From Planctomycetota bacterium (GTDB lineage: Bacteria; Planctomycetota; UBA8108; SXIK01), in assembly GCA_965223265.1 (NCBI GenBank), contig OZ244999.1, forward strand, positions 4,352,001 to 4,416,000: a stretch of 64,000 nucleotides of DNA, in the 5' to 3' direction. The notes under the pieces are model-generated. The model ran no database searches. It saw only the letters and a list, made by a program, of their open reading frames with translations, and was not told the origin of the DNA. Position 1 is the stretch's first letter. Each line of letters opens with the position of its first letter. Shown here piece after piece: positions 1 to 9,570 of the stretch. Made by a program: the position numbers and the translations under genes.

Positions 1-15
1 CCGACTTAAGAAGGC

Positions 16-513
16 ATGGAACACGACCCGAGCCTCCCCGACGACCTGCAGCCGAACCGGCAATTCAGCCGCGATCTGGCACGGCTCTACCGGCCGGCGG
101 GTGAGGTCGATGCCGCTGCGGACCGCAGAATCCGCCGGCGGCTGGGGCACGAGCTGCGTCCGCGGCGAGGACGACGGCTCGCCGTAACCGTGACGGCCGC
201 GGCCGCGGCGCTGGTGCTGTCACTCGGGGTCTGGCGGCTGGTCGAACCAGAGCGTGATGCGGAGCCTGTAGCCAAACACGCCGCCCGTCCAGCGGCGGAG
301 TCAGCTGCAGTCGACGGGTCGCTTGAGGGCACGCCCGCTGGGGCGTTCGATGTCGATGGCAGCGGCAACGTGGACATCGTCGACGCCTACGTGCTGGCGC
401 GGCACGTCGCGCGCCAGGGTGGGCTCGAGCGGCGCTGGGACGCGAATGGTGACGGGATCGTCGACCAGCAGGACGTCGACGCGATCGCACAGCTTGCAGT
501 ACGCCTGAGATGA
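16..513 (+). CDS. Membrane-anchored anti-sigma-like protein with C-terminal dockerin type I-like domain
   Basis: Short cytoplasmic N-terminus (..DAAADRRIRRRL..), one TM helix (LAVTVTAAAAALVLSLGVW), then two EF-hand-like loops FDVDGSGNVDIVDA and WDANGDGIVDQQDV. Anti-sigma role is inferred from topology only. Confidence 0.6.
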   Translation: MEHDPSLPDDLQPNRQFSRDLARLYRPAGEVDAAADRRIRRRLGHELRPRRGRRLAVTVTAAAAALVLSLGVWRLVEPERDAEPVAKHAARPAAESAAVDGSLEGTPAGAFDVDGSGNVDIVDAYVLARHVARQGGLERRWDANGDGIVDQQDVDAIAQLAVRLR

Positions 514-1157
514 TGGTCAGGAAAGGTCAAACCATGCAGTCACAGCAACGACTTGATCGAATGGGGGGAGGCAGAGGACGACGGAGTCCTCAGCGCGCAC
601 GTCCGCAGCGGTCCGAGGTACGCTTGCCGCTGTCAGGTCACCGGAGCGGACGGCCTCGGCAGGCGTTGGCGCTCGTCGCGGCGCTTGCGGCATTCGTCGC
701 CGCGCTACTCATCGCTCCGGCGATACCGACGCGCGCCCAAGAGGCGACGGCGACCCAGGAGAACGACGACAGCCGCGGCGTTCGCTTCGAGGTCGTTGAC
801 ATCTTTGTCAACACCGCCACTCCGCTCGCAGCCTACCAATTCGAGATTGTCGCGCGACATGAGAGAACACGCGTCGTCGGCGTTGAAGGTGGCGAGCCCG
901 AGGCCTTTCAGCAGCCACCGTACTATGACCCCGCTGCTCTGCGCGGCGGCCGCGTGATCATCGCGGCCTTCAGTATGGCTACCGAGCTGCCGGCGGGGCG
1001 CGTGCGAGTTGCCAGTGTGCACTTCGCCGCCAGCGGCGGCGCTGAAATGTATGATGTCAAACTCGTCGCGGCAGCGGGAGTGGATGGAACTCTGCTCACG
1101 CAGGTCGAGACGTCGATCGAAAAACGACCAACCGAGGATTCCGAGGAGGCGAGATGA
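510..1157 (+). CDS. Secreted cohesin-like beta-sandwich protein
   Basis: Signal peptide ending PTRA|QE. Mature part VDIFV..PLAAYQFEI..VVGVEGG..GRVIIAAFS..GRVRVASVHF resembles a cohesin. ATGA overlaps with both neighbours. An alternative start exists at 534. Confidence 0.55.
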   Translation: MMVRKGQTMQSQQRLDRMGGGRGRRSPQRARPQRSEVRLPLSGHRSGRPRQALALVAALAAFVAALLIAPAIPTRAQEATATQENDDSRGVRFEVVDIFVNTATPLAAYQFEIVARHERTRVVGVEGGEPEAFQQPPYYDPAALRGGRVIIAAFSMATELPAGRVRVASVHFAASGGAEMYDVKLVAAAGVDGTLLTQVETSIEKRPTEDSEEAR

Positions 1158-3508
1158 GTCGCGACTGTCATCGAGTGCTGGGCCTTGGGCTGATCATTGC
1201 GATCGGTCTCACACTCTCGAGCTGTGCTCGGAAGGACGCGAGGGAGGAGAGCGCGGCTTGTTCGGTCCCCGAATCCCGAGGTGTCAAGTACGACATGAAC
1301 GAAGACCGGATTCGGCCGGCGTCAGAGAATGCTGATCGCGCATCGGCCGACTTTCAATTTGACTCAGATGAGGCGACCGAAGCCAGCACCCATCAGCCAC
1401 GAAGAGGCTCCACTTCTCGCGATCTCGGTGTCGAATCAGCGGCAGCCAAGGCCACGAAAAACAGCAGGGTCCGAAACGCAAGGAAAACCACACTTTCGAC
1501 ACCTCGAGTACCAAAGCCCCAGCGCCCCCGCCCCGCCGTCTTCCTCCCCGGCGAGGAGCTCTGGATTATCGAACGCCCCGCGGCCGCAGCCACCGCACCG
1601 GACGACACCGCGCCCGGCACCGGCTCGATGCTGGCGCGGCGGCTGGGCGAAGTCGACGTCCCAGTACCTCTCGAGCACACCGACGTCCGGGGCAGGATCA
1701 GCGGTTACATCGCCAGCGTCGACGTGACGCAGCGCTTCCACAACCCGTACGACACCAAGATCGAAGCAGTCTACGTCTTCCCGCTACCGCAGAACGCCGC
1801 CGTCACGGACTTTATCATGGCCATCGGCGAGCGACGGATCCGCGGCATCATCCGCGAGCGCAGCGAGGCGCGCCGCATCTATGAGTCGGCGCGCTCACAA
1901 GGGCACGTCGCCTCGCTTCTCGAACAGGAGCGACCCAACATCTTCACGCAGTCGGTGGCCAACATCGAACCGGGCAAAAAGATCGACGTCAAGATCAAGT
2001 ACTTCAGCACGCTTGCTTACACCGACGGTGGTTACGACTTCGTTTTCCCCATGGTCGTTGGACCTCGTTTCAACCCGCCGGGATCCACCAGTGGGATCGG
2101 CGCCGCACCGCGCGACGCACCCGGCTCCACCGGACAGAGCACCGAAGTTGCGTATCTGCGGCCGCATGAACGGAGCGGACACGACATCGCGCTCACAGTC
2201 GATCTCGAAGCCGGCGTCGAGATCGAATCGATCGCGTCGCTCACACACGCGGCTGCAGTCGAGCGACCTTCACCAACGAGCGCTACGGTCACGCTCAGCC
2301 CGAACGATGCGATTCCAAACCGCGACTTTGTTTTGCGTTACCACGTCGCTGGAAAAACTTTGAAAGCGAACTTCATGACGCATGAAGACGAGCGCGGCGG
2401 CTTCTTCACGCTCATGCTCTACCCTCCAAAGGTCGCCAAAGTGTCGCGCCGCCCCGTCGAGCTGGTTTTCGTGGTCGACTGCTCGGGCAGCATGCGCGGC
2501 GCACCGCTCGCCAAGGCGAAGGATGCCATGCGCCGCGCTCTCAAACGCCTCGATGCGAGCGACAGCTTTCAGATCATTCGCTTTTCGAGTCATGCCTCGC
2601 AGCTCGGCAGTGCCCCAATCGCCGCTACACCGGCCAACGTGCGTCGCGGTCTGAAATACCTCGAGAAGCTCCAAAGCGGCGGCGGCACGATGATGATCGA
2701 AGGCATCAAGGCGGCGCTCGACTTCCCGCACGACTCCGAGCGGCTGCGGGTGGTCTCGTTCATGACTGACGGCTACATCGGCAACGAAGCCGAGATCTTC
2801 GCTGCGGTTGACCAGCACCTCGGCGCTGCGCGCCTCTTCAGTTTCGGCGTCGGCTCGTCGGTGAATCGCTATCTCATCGAAGGACTTGCGCGCCTCGGGC
2901 GCGGAGCCGTTGCCTACGTCGGCCTTGACGCGAACGCCGGCACTGAGGTCGACAAGTTCTACGACCGCATGCGCTATCCGGCGCTCAGCGAGGTTCGCAT
3001 CGATTGGGGTGGACTCGAGGTTAGTGAGGTTTTTCCGCAGCGCTTACCCGATCTCTTCGAGGGTCGCCCCGTCCTCGTCACCGGACGCTACGCGGCGGGT
3101 GGGGCAGCGGACGACGTGATCGTGAGAATCCACGGCAAGGCCGGCGCTGACGATGCTGCGTTCGAAGTACCGTTCAGCGCCGCGCGTCCCCGCGGCAGCG
3201 GCGAAGTTGCCGCAGCCGTCGACCGCAGCAAACAGAGTGGTTCCAGCGCAGCGACGCACGCCGCAATCCCAAGTGTCTGGGCACGACGTAAGATCGCGGC
3301 TCTCATGGACGCCGTGCATACGCGAGGCTTGGAACTGAGTCCGGAGGTGCGCGACTTGGCGCTCGAGTTCAACTTGGTGTCCGCGTTCACGTCATTCGTG
3401 GCCGTCGATGCCAGCCGCAAGACAGAAGGCGACCACGGCATCCGCGTGCAGGTTCCCGTCCCGGTTCCGGTGGGCGTGCGCTATGACACCACCGTGGGCG
3501 GTGAATAG
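1154..3508 (+). CDS. VIT (vault inter-alpha-trypsin) + vWA domain lipoprotein
   Basis: Lipobox LSSC; VIT signature VTQRFHNP..IEAVYVFPLP..LLEQERPNIF; MIDAS VVDCSGSM..GGT..MTDG; C-terminal LVSAFTSFVAVD. Confidence 0.9.
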   Translation: MSRDCHRVLGLGLIIAIGLTLSSCARKDAREESAACSVPESRGVKYDMNEDRIRPASENADRASADFQFDSDEATEASTHQPRRGSTSRDLGVESAAAKATKNSRVRNARKTTLSTPRVPKPQRPRPAVFLPGEELWIIERPAAAATAPDDTAPGTGSMLARRLGEVDVPVPLEHTDVRGRISGYIASVDVTQRFHNPYDTKIEAVYVFPLPQNAAVTDFIMAIGERRIRGIIRERSEARRIYESARSQGHVASLLEQERPNIFTQSVANIEPGKKIDVKIKYFSTLAYTDGGYDFVFPMVVGPRFNPPGSTSGIGAAPRDAPGSTGQSTEVAYLRPHERSGHDIALTVDLEAGVEIESIASLTHAAAVERPSPTSATVTLSPNDAIPNRDFVLRYHVAGKTLKANFMTHEDERGGFFTLMLYPPKVAKVSRRPVELVFVVDCSGSMRGAPLAKAKDAMRRALKRLDASDSFQIIRFSSHASQLGSAPIAATPANVRRGLKYLEKLQSGGGTMMIEGIKAALDFPHDSERLRVVSFMTDGYIGNEAEIFAAVDQHLGAARLFSFGVGSSVNRYLIEGLARLGRGAVAYVGLDANAGTEVDKFYDRMRYPALSEVRIDWGGLEVSEVFPQRLPDLFEGRPVLVTGRYAAGGAADDVIVRIHGKAGADDAAFEVPFSAARPRGSGEVAAAVDRSKQSGSSAATHAAIPSVWARRKIAALMDAVHTRGLELSPEVRDLALEFNLVSAFTSFVAVDASRKTEGDHGIRVQVPVPVPVGVRYDTTVGGE

Positions 3509-3631
3509 AAGCTCACGCGGCGTGGCTGCGTCGGGTGCTGAAGCGGTGAGATCGGGCAGGGGCGGCGACCACTGGCCTTCTCATGGAAGGCAGAGACGCG
3601 CGGTCACGGACCACGCACACGCTCACGCCCG

Positions 3632-3810
3632 CAAGACCGGACGGCATACGGCGTGTGCCTGCTACTCTCGAGAGACGCACACGCTCTCAAGATCGGACGG
3701 CACACGGAGTGTGCCTGCCACTTTGCGAGACGCTCACGCTCACGCAAACGCTCACGCAAACGCAAAACGCTCCCAAGACCGAACGACACACGGAGTGTGC
3801 CGGCTACTTT
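3632..3810 (-). repeat. Three GTAG-type REP-like palindromic repeats
   Basis: Copies at 3632-3668, 3688-3724 and 3774-3810. Minus-strand consensus GTAGCAGGCACACTCCGTGTGCCGT with hairpin GGCACAC-TCC-GTGTGCC. Located between convergent genes. Confidence 0.8.
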
Positions 3811-3934
3811 GGGACACACACGGGTGCGGGTCTCGGCAACGCACACCCGCGCCCGGTCGGATTCACGTTGCCGAAACGGGCCGCGACTCAAGGGCCCGCT
3901 GCACGTCGTCTTGTCGCCTGCGCCGCCGAATTCC

Positions 3935-5119
3935 CTAGCGGACGCGCTTCTTCGCCGTCTTCTTCCGGCGACTGCTGGCGACTTTTTTCTTCACCGCCTT
4001 CTTCGCGGCTGTCTTCTTGGCGACCTTCTTCTTCGCTTTCTTCTTCGCCTTCTTGGCGCCGGTGCCGTTCGACGAGCCGCGCTCAGGGCGCAGCTCGCGC
4101 AGAATCGAACCGATCCGCCACATCTCGCTGTCGCGTACTTCCTTCAGCTCGCGCTCGAGATCTTTGCGGTAGCTCCGCTTTGAGTTGGCCTCGAGCGTGC
4201 GGCGTGTTTCATTGCCGCTCTTGACCTCGCGATAGAGCTTCTGGAACACCGGCTTGGTCACCTTGCGAAAGGCTTCATACCAGTCGAGCGCGCCGCGCTG
4301 TGCCGTGGTGCTGCAGTTGGCGTACATCCAGTCCATACCGTTCTCGCCGATGAGCGGGTAGAGGCTCTGAGTCGCCTCCTCTACCGTCTCGTTGAATGCC
4401 TCGGACGGTGAATGGCCGCGTTCGCGGAGTACCTGATACTGCGCCAACCAGAGGCCGTAGATCGCCCCCATGAGCACGCCGCGCTCACCCGTTAGGTCGC
4501 TGTACACCTCGTTCTGGAAGCTCGTCTCAAAGAGGAACCCCGAGCCAATCGCGATGCCGAGCGCGATCGCTCGCTCGCGCGCCCGTCCGGTGTAATCCTG
4601 ATAGACGCCAAAGCTCGAATTGATGCCGCGCCCCTCAAGAAAGTGTCGCCGCACGGTTGTCCCGGAGCCCTTCGGAGCGACCAGAATCACGTCGACATTC
4701 TTCGGCGGAATCACTCCCGTCAGCTTGCTGTAGACGACGGAGAAGCCATGCGAGAAGTAGAGCGCCGCTCCCTCCTGCAAGTTGTCGCGCACTGTCGGCC
4801 ACTGCGCCTTTTGTCCGGCGTCGCTGAGGAGATACTGAACCACCGTGCCGCGGCGCACGGCTTCATCGATTTCGAAGAGCGTCTTCCCAGGTTTCCAGCC
4901 ATCCTTTTTGGCAAGGTTCCAGCTGGAGCCGCCCTTGCGGACACCGATGATCACCTTCACCTTGTTGTCTTTCAGGTTGAGCGACTGGCCGCGACCTTGC
5001 ACACCGTAGCCGATGATCGCGACCGTCTCGCGGCCGAGGATCTTCTTCAGCTTGGCCGCCGGCATGTCTTTGCGCTCGATGATCTTTTCGGTGATGCCAC
5101 CAACTTTGACGGTCTTCAT
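3935..5119 (-). CDS. ilvC: Ketol-acid reductoisomerase (Ilv5/Bacteroidetes-like) with Lys-rich C-terminal tail
   Basis: GYGVQG, FSHGF, VAPKGSG, SDLTGERGVLMG, NETVEEATQS, CSTTAQRG; 40-aa K/A-rich tail. Confidence 0.95.
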   Translation of the reverse strand: MKTVKVGGITEKIIERKDMPAAKLKKILGRETVAIIGYGVQGRGQSLNLKDNKVKVIIGVRKGGSSWNLAKKDGWKPGKTLFEIDEAVRRGTVVQYLLSDAGQKAQWPTVRDNLQEGAALYFSHGFSVVYSKLTGVIPPKNVDVILVAPKGSGTTVRRHFLEGRGINSSFGVYQDYTGRARERAIALGIAIGSGFLFETSFQNEVYSDLTGERGVLMGAIYGLWLAQYQVLRERGHSPSEAFNETVEEATQSLYPLIGENGMDWMYANCSTTAQRGALDWYEAFRKVTKPVFQKLYREVKSGNETRRTLEANSKRSYRKDLERELKEVRDSEMWRIGSILRELRPERGSSNGTGAKKAKKKAKKKVAKKTAAKKAVKKKVASSRRKKTAKKRVR

Positions 5120-5325
5120 GCGCTCTCCGTTGATCCTATCTCAGTCCCTGTCGTCGCCAAACGCTCGCGCGCAGGCCACTCCCTGCGGACACGTCGCGTT
5201 GCCGTTCGAAGATTCGCCCAGGCACCACGCCGGATCCGCGGCCCTCACAAACCGCTAATGCCAGAGTCCGCCGGCGCACGGGGTTGGCCAGTGCGTACGA
5301 ATCAATTTCTCGGGGAAAGGGGGCG

Positions 5326-5354
5326 TTTATACCGGATTTTCGGTTTCGGTGCAA
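5326..5354 (-). promoter_or_regulatory. Sigma70-type promoter for ilvC
   Basis: Minus strand TTGCAC-17 nt-TATAAA, about 200 nt upstream of the ilvC ATG. Confidence 0.55.
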
Positions 5355-5368
5355 ATTCCAGAGACGGC

Positions 5369-5377
5369 TGGTACAAT
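5369..5377 (+). promoter_or_regulatory. Extended -10 element for the FG-GAP gene
   Basis: TGgTACAAT about 77 nt upstream of ATG 5454, divergent from the ilvC promoter. Confidence 0.4.
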
Positions 5378-5453
5378 CGATTTTTGGGTTGGAATCATCG
5401 GCGCGCGCAATCTGCATCGAGACGATTCTTCGCTAAGCGAGGCTAGTATCATC

Positions 5454-7745
5454 ATGCACCGAACAGACCCGATCAGGCCGCGCGTCGCGCGACGGGGTCG
5501 ATTGCTGCGCTGGGGCTGGGCCCTCGGCACCGGCGTTCTCTTCGTCCACTTGGCGGCTGAGGCCGTGGCGCCGCTCACGATGTCTTGGGATCTCGCTGAT
5601 CCGACGCAGCAGGGCATGCTGACGATTCACAACGACCAGCCGATCGGCGGCGATTTCGGCATGCCGGTAGAGATTGGCGACTGGAACGGGGACGGTTTTC
5701 ACGACCTCGCTGTCGCGCCACTACGCGCCTCCGCGGGCGAAAGTAGCGACCGCGCGTCGAGCGGCATCCTCTACGTCTACCCTGGTGACGGTGTCCTCAG
5801 CGGCCGCGTCATCGACCCGTCGCAGGATCCTGAACGCATCACGTTTTGGGGCGCTCGCAGCGAAGACCTTCTCGGGACTGAGCTCTATACCGGCGACTTC
5901 GACGGCGATGGAATCGAAGACCTGATCTTTGGGGCGCAGAATTTCGACGGACCCGACGGTCTGCGCACCAACGCCGGGGCGGTGTACGTGCTGTTCGGGC
6001 GCGAAGACTTGTTCACCGGCTCGGCGCAGCTTTTCGATCTCGCCGAGACGACGTCGGGATTGCTCGCGATTTATGGTGACGTTATTGGCGGTCGACTCGG
6101 CATCTGGGTCGAGTCCGGCGATCTCGACGGCGACGGCAAAGCCGATCTGCTACTCGGTGCCGATCAAGTGCCAGGTGACGATGCTCCCGCGAGTGAGTTT
6201 CACCGCGGCAGCGTCGTCGTCATCTACGGCCGTGATCGCGCCGACACACCGGCTGTACTCGATCTTGCGAGCAGCAGCGGCGTCGAAGGCATCAGCCGTA
6301 TCTACGGCCGTGATCGCGAGGATCACTTCGGCGCCTCGATCCACAGCGCCGACCTCAATGTCGACGGCCGTGACGATCTCATCGTCGCCAGCGCGCTCGA
6401 ACGGCTGTCCGCCAGCCAAGGCGAAGCTGAAGGTATTCCCGCGCACGGCGAGTTCGTCGGCGGCGATGGACTCCTCGAGGACAAGCCGGAAGCTGGCGAG
6501 GTGACGATCCTCTTCAGCCTCGATGATGTCGAACGCCTGCCGCCTGTCGTCGATCTGGCCGCGCCGCCGAAAGAGCTCGTCAAAGGCATCACCACAATCT
6601 ATGGCGTGCGCCAACTCGAAAGTATGGGCGAAGAAATCACCTCCGGCGACTTTAACGGCGACGGGCGTCCGGACCTCGCCCTGGGCGCGCTGACAGCCAA
6701 CGGACCGGTGGAAGCTTTCGCCGGCAAAACGTACGTCCTCTATTGGCGAGCCGGACTTGAAGGCCGCGAGATCGATCTCGCTCAGGCGAGCGGTGGGTTC
6801 GCGCCCCCGGGCGTCAGGCTGTCTGTGCTCTACGGGACGACGCGTTTCGACATCCTCGGCGACACGCTCTCAGCCGGCGACTTCAACTTCGACGGGATGG
6901 ACGACCTGGCTGTCGGCATCCCGCACGCCGCTGTCGACGACCGAAATCAAGCCGGCTCAGTCGCGATCGTCTACGGCAGCCGTCAGGCCTGGCCAGAGGA
7001 GTGGGCTCCGCAAGCAAGCCCGCTACCGGAAGGCCTCAGCGTGACGTTCATTCTCGGTGCCAACTCGTTTGACCTCCTCTCCTACTCGATGGAGGCCCGC
7101 GACTATGATCGCGACGGCTACGCCGACCTTTTTCCGAATGCCATGACCGCGGATGGAAGGGACAACAACTTCCCGGACGCTGGCGATGCCTACGTTATCA
7201 GTGGCTACGGTTTCTCTCGAGTCTCACTGCGGATCGACACTCTCTCGCCCGACTATGCTCACGTATCGCAGGAGAGCACCGTCACGGTCGAAGGCCAGGG
7301 GTTCACCGCCGGTGATGTCCAAGTTGAAGTGGGCGGCCACAGCGCGCTGGACGTCACGGTGAAGAGCGGCGCCACCGCGACCGCTGTCTTTCCGCCCGGT
7401 GATAGCGTCGGCGCGGTCGACGTCACCGTCACCACGAGATACGGCAGTTTCACGTTCGAGGATGGCTTTCGCTACTTGGACAACTCACACTTTCTACGCG
7501 GCGATGCGGAAATCAACGGGCAGTTGAATATTTCCGATCCGATCGCGATCCTACGCCATCTCTTCGCGCCGAACATCGTCCTCGACTGCCCCGACGCCGG
7601 TGACAGCAACGATGATGGCGACCTCGATCTCAGCGATGTGATCTACCTGCTGGAGTTCCTCTTCGTCACAGGATCGGCGCCGGCGGCCCCTTATCCGGAT
7701 CCCGGCGAAGACCCAACCGCCGATGCACTTTCATGCATCGAGTAG
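5454..7745 (+). CDS. Secreted FG-GAP/integrin-alpha repeat protein with IPT/TIG and C-terminal dockerin-like domain
   Basis: Signal peptide; about seven GDxxGDGxxDL repeats; IPT-like TVEGQGF..VTVTT; terminal FLRGDAEINGQLNISD..CPDAGDSNDDGDLDLSD..APYPDPG..C. Confidence 0.85.
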   Translation: MHRTDPIRPRVARRGRLLRWGWALGTGVLFVHLAAEAVAPLTMSWDLADPTQQGMLTIHNDQPIGGDFGMPVEIGDWNGDGFHDLAVAPLRASAGESSDRASSGILYVYPGDGVLSGRVIDPSQDPERITFWGARSEDLLGTELYTGDFDGDGIEDLIFGAQNFDGPDGLRTNAGAVYVLFGREDLFTGSAQLFDLAETTSGLLAIYGDVIGGRLGIWVESGDLDGDGKADLLLGADQVPGDDAPASEFHRGSVVVIYGRDRADTPAVLDLASSSGVEGISRIYGRDREDHFGASIHSADLNVDGRDDLIVASALERLSASQGEAEGIPAHGEFVGGDGLLEDKPEAGEVTILFSLDDVERLPPVVDLAAPPKELVKGITTIYGVRQLESMGEEITSGDFNGDGRPDLALGALTANGPVEAFAGKTYVLYWRAGLEGREIDLAQASGGFAPPGVRLSVLYGTTRFDILGDTLSAGDFNFDGMDDLAVGIPHAAVDDRNQAGSVAIVYGSRQAWPEEWAPQASPLPEGLSVTFILGANSFDLLSYSMEARDYDRDGYADLFPNAMTADGRDNNFPDAGDAYVISGYGFSRVSLRIDTLSPDYAHVSQESTVTVEGQGFTAGDVQVEVGGHSALDVTVKSGATATAVFPPGDSVGAVDVTVTTRYGSFTFEDGFRYLDNSHFLRGDAEINGQLNISDPIAILRHLFAPNIVLDCPDAGDSNDDGDLDLSDVIYLLEFLFVTGSAPAAPYPDPGEDPTADALSCIE

Positions 7746-7938
7746 TTCATGCCGAGTGCAAAGCGGTCATCTCGGCACAAGATCGGATGCCGTAGGTAGG
7801 AATCTAAGAGCGTGGGTGCTAAGTTATCGCCGGATCGCGGCACTGAGCGCGTGCCGACGATCCACTGAATTCGCGCCTCTGAGCTCGAACACCAGACCTC
7901 GTCACGAGGCGCTACGTAAGAACCCCTGAGCGTTACCC

Positions 7939-9570
7939 ATGGCGAGCGGCGTCCCTTTTCGTTCAGTCTTCTACCTTCTAGTGGCAGTGGCGGGTTGTCT
8001 CGGAACAACAGAGGGCAACGACGGTGTCATACGTCGAGCTGATAGCTCACTCGCCGCCACGTGTGACGAGATTCGCGCGCGAGAGCTGCTGCAGCAAAGC
8101 CGACTTGGCGTCGCGATCGTGCACGTAGCAAGCGGTGAGGTCGTCTACGAACACAGTGCAGATGAGTTCTTCCCGCCAGCGTCGGCAGCCAAGCTCCTGA
8201 CCTGCGGAGGCGCGCTTCTGACACTCGGTAGCGATTTTCGTTTCCAGACCCGCGTTGTGACGACGTCACCTATCCAGCGCGGCATCGTGCGAGGTGACGT
8301 CGTCCTCGTTGGCGCGGGTGATCCGAACTTGTCGCAGCGCGTCCGTCCCGGGGACCGCCTAGCGTTCAAGGACAACGATCACTCCTACGCCGGATTTCAC
8401 CCAAGCGCTGCGGTTCCGGGCGATCCGTTGACCGTCGTCCGCAACCTGGCTCGCCAGATCAAAGCCGCAGGCGTGCGGCAAATCAGCGGCAGTATCGTCG
8501 TCGACGATGGCCTCTTCGCCGAGTCTTTCGATCGCTTCGTCGGCACGTTCGGTGCTGTTTGCGTCAACGACAACCTCGTCGACGTCATGGTCACGCCAGG
8601 GCGCGAAGTTGGTGATCCGGTCGAATTCGAGGTCCAACCGGACAGCCGCATGATCGAAATCAGATCTGCGGCGCGAACATCACCTCCCGGCACGAAGGTC
8701 GAACTTGATTTGGAGCTGCGCCGCGGCATCGCGAGCTTCGATCTCGTCGGTTCGGTGCCGCACGGTTCGAAGCCTTTGCTGCGCGTGGCGGCAGTGCGCG
8801 CACCGTCCGAGATGGCGGCGCACTATCTGCACGAAGCGTTGAGAAACGTGGGAGTCGATGTGCGCGGCAAAACCCGTGTGTCCGGTTTTGGCCCGGCGGT
8901 CTACTCGCAATATCACGTCGTCGCCAGGCACACCTCTCCGCCGCTGTCGGAAACGATTCGTGTCATCCTCAAGGTCAGCCAGAACGTTCATGCCACCATG
9001 TTGCCGCCGCTGATCGGCGCTCTCAAAGGCGAGCGCGGCGACAGGTTCGAAGGATTCAGAATCATTCGTGGCGAGCTTGAGCGCCGCAAGTTCGATCTGC
9101 AGGGAGTCGCCGTTCGTAGCGGCTCCGGCGGCGATCGAGCCGATCGCGCTACGCCGCGCTGGATGGCGTCGTTTCTAAGGCGCATGGCCCAGCAGAAAGA
9201 GTTCCCACACTTCTTCTCCGCCCTCGCGGTTGCCGGCAGCGACGGCTCGCTCGCCCGCAGTCTCGACTCCTCAAGTCTGATCGAACGCGTGCACGCAAAG
9301 ACGGGCAGCCTTGTGTACCGCGAAGCGCTCGGAGGCCGATGGGTGTACTTGGCGAAAACCTTGTGCGGCTACCTTGACCTCCGCGCGGTCGGCCGACGCG
9401 ACGGACTGTACGCCTTCGCGATCATGATCGCAGACACCGTCGTCGAGGATCGGCACCGCGGCGCGCGGGAGCTTTCGAAGGCGCAAGAGGACATACTGCG
9501 TGCCGCCGTTCGGACGATCGAATCAGCGGCATCCAGCTCTTCGGACCGCCGGGCCGCACTTCAGAGATAA
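7939..9570 (+). CDS. dacB: D-Ala-D-Ala carboxypeptidase/endopeptidase (PBP4, peptidase S13)
   Basis: SxxK (PASAAK), GAGDP, SxN (SQN), KTG; probable lipobox VAGC. Confidence 0.9.
   Translation: MASGVPFRSVFYLLVAVAGCLGTTEGNDGVIRRADSSLAATCDEIRARELLQQSRLGVAIVHVASGEVVYEHSADEFFPPASAAKLLTCGGALLTLGSDFRFQTRVVTTSPIQRGIVRGDVVLVGAGDPNLSQRVRPGDRLAFKDNDHSYAGFHPSAAVPGDPLTVVRNLARQIKAAGVRQISGSIVVDDGLFAESFDRFVGTFGAVCVNDNLVDVMVTPGREVGDPVEFEVQPDSRMIEIRSAARTSPPGTKVELDLELRRGIASFDLVGSVPHGSKPLLRVAAVRAPSEMAAHYLHEALRNVGVDVRGKTRVSGFGPAVYSQYHVVARHTSPPLSETIRVILKVSQNVHATMLPPLIGALKGERGDRFEGFRIIRGELERRKFDLQGVAVRSGSGGDRADRATPRWMASFLRRMAQQKEFPHFFSALAVAGSDGSLARSLDSSSLIERVHAKTGSLVYREALGGRWVYLAKTLCGYLDLRAVGRRDGLYAFAIMIADTVVEDRHRGARELSKAQEDILRAAVRTIESAASSSSDRRAALQR

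Noticed and set aside
3632-3810. CRISPR array
   Set aside because: Only three degenerate repeats; the spacers are unequal (19 and 49 nt) and similar to each other; no cas genes. A REP cluster fits better.
3583-4224. ORFs spanning the REP region
   Set aside because: Translations of repeats and of the antisense ilvC tail; no coding signal.
5255-5305. Attenuator leader peptide upstream of ilvC (MIRTHWPTPCAGGLWH)
   Set aside because: Not enriched in Ile/Leu/Val, TTG start without an SD, and no terminator hairpin with a U-tract.
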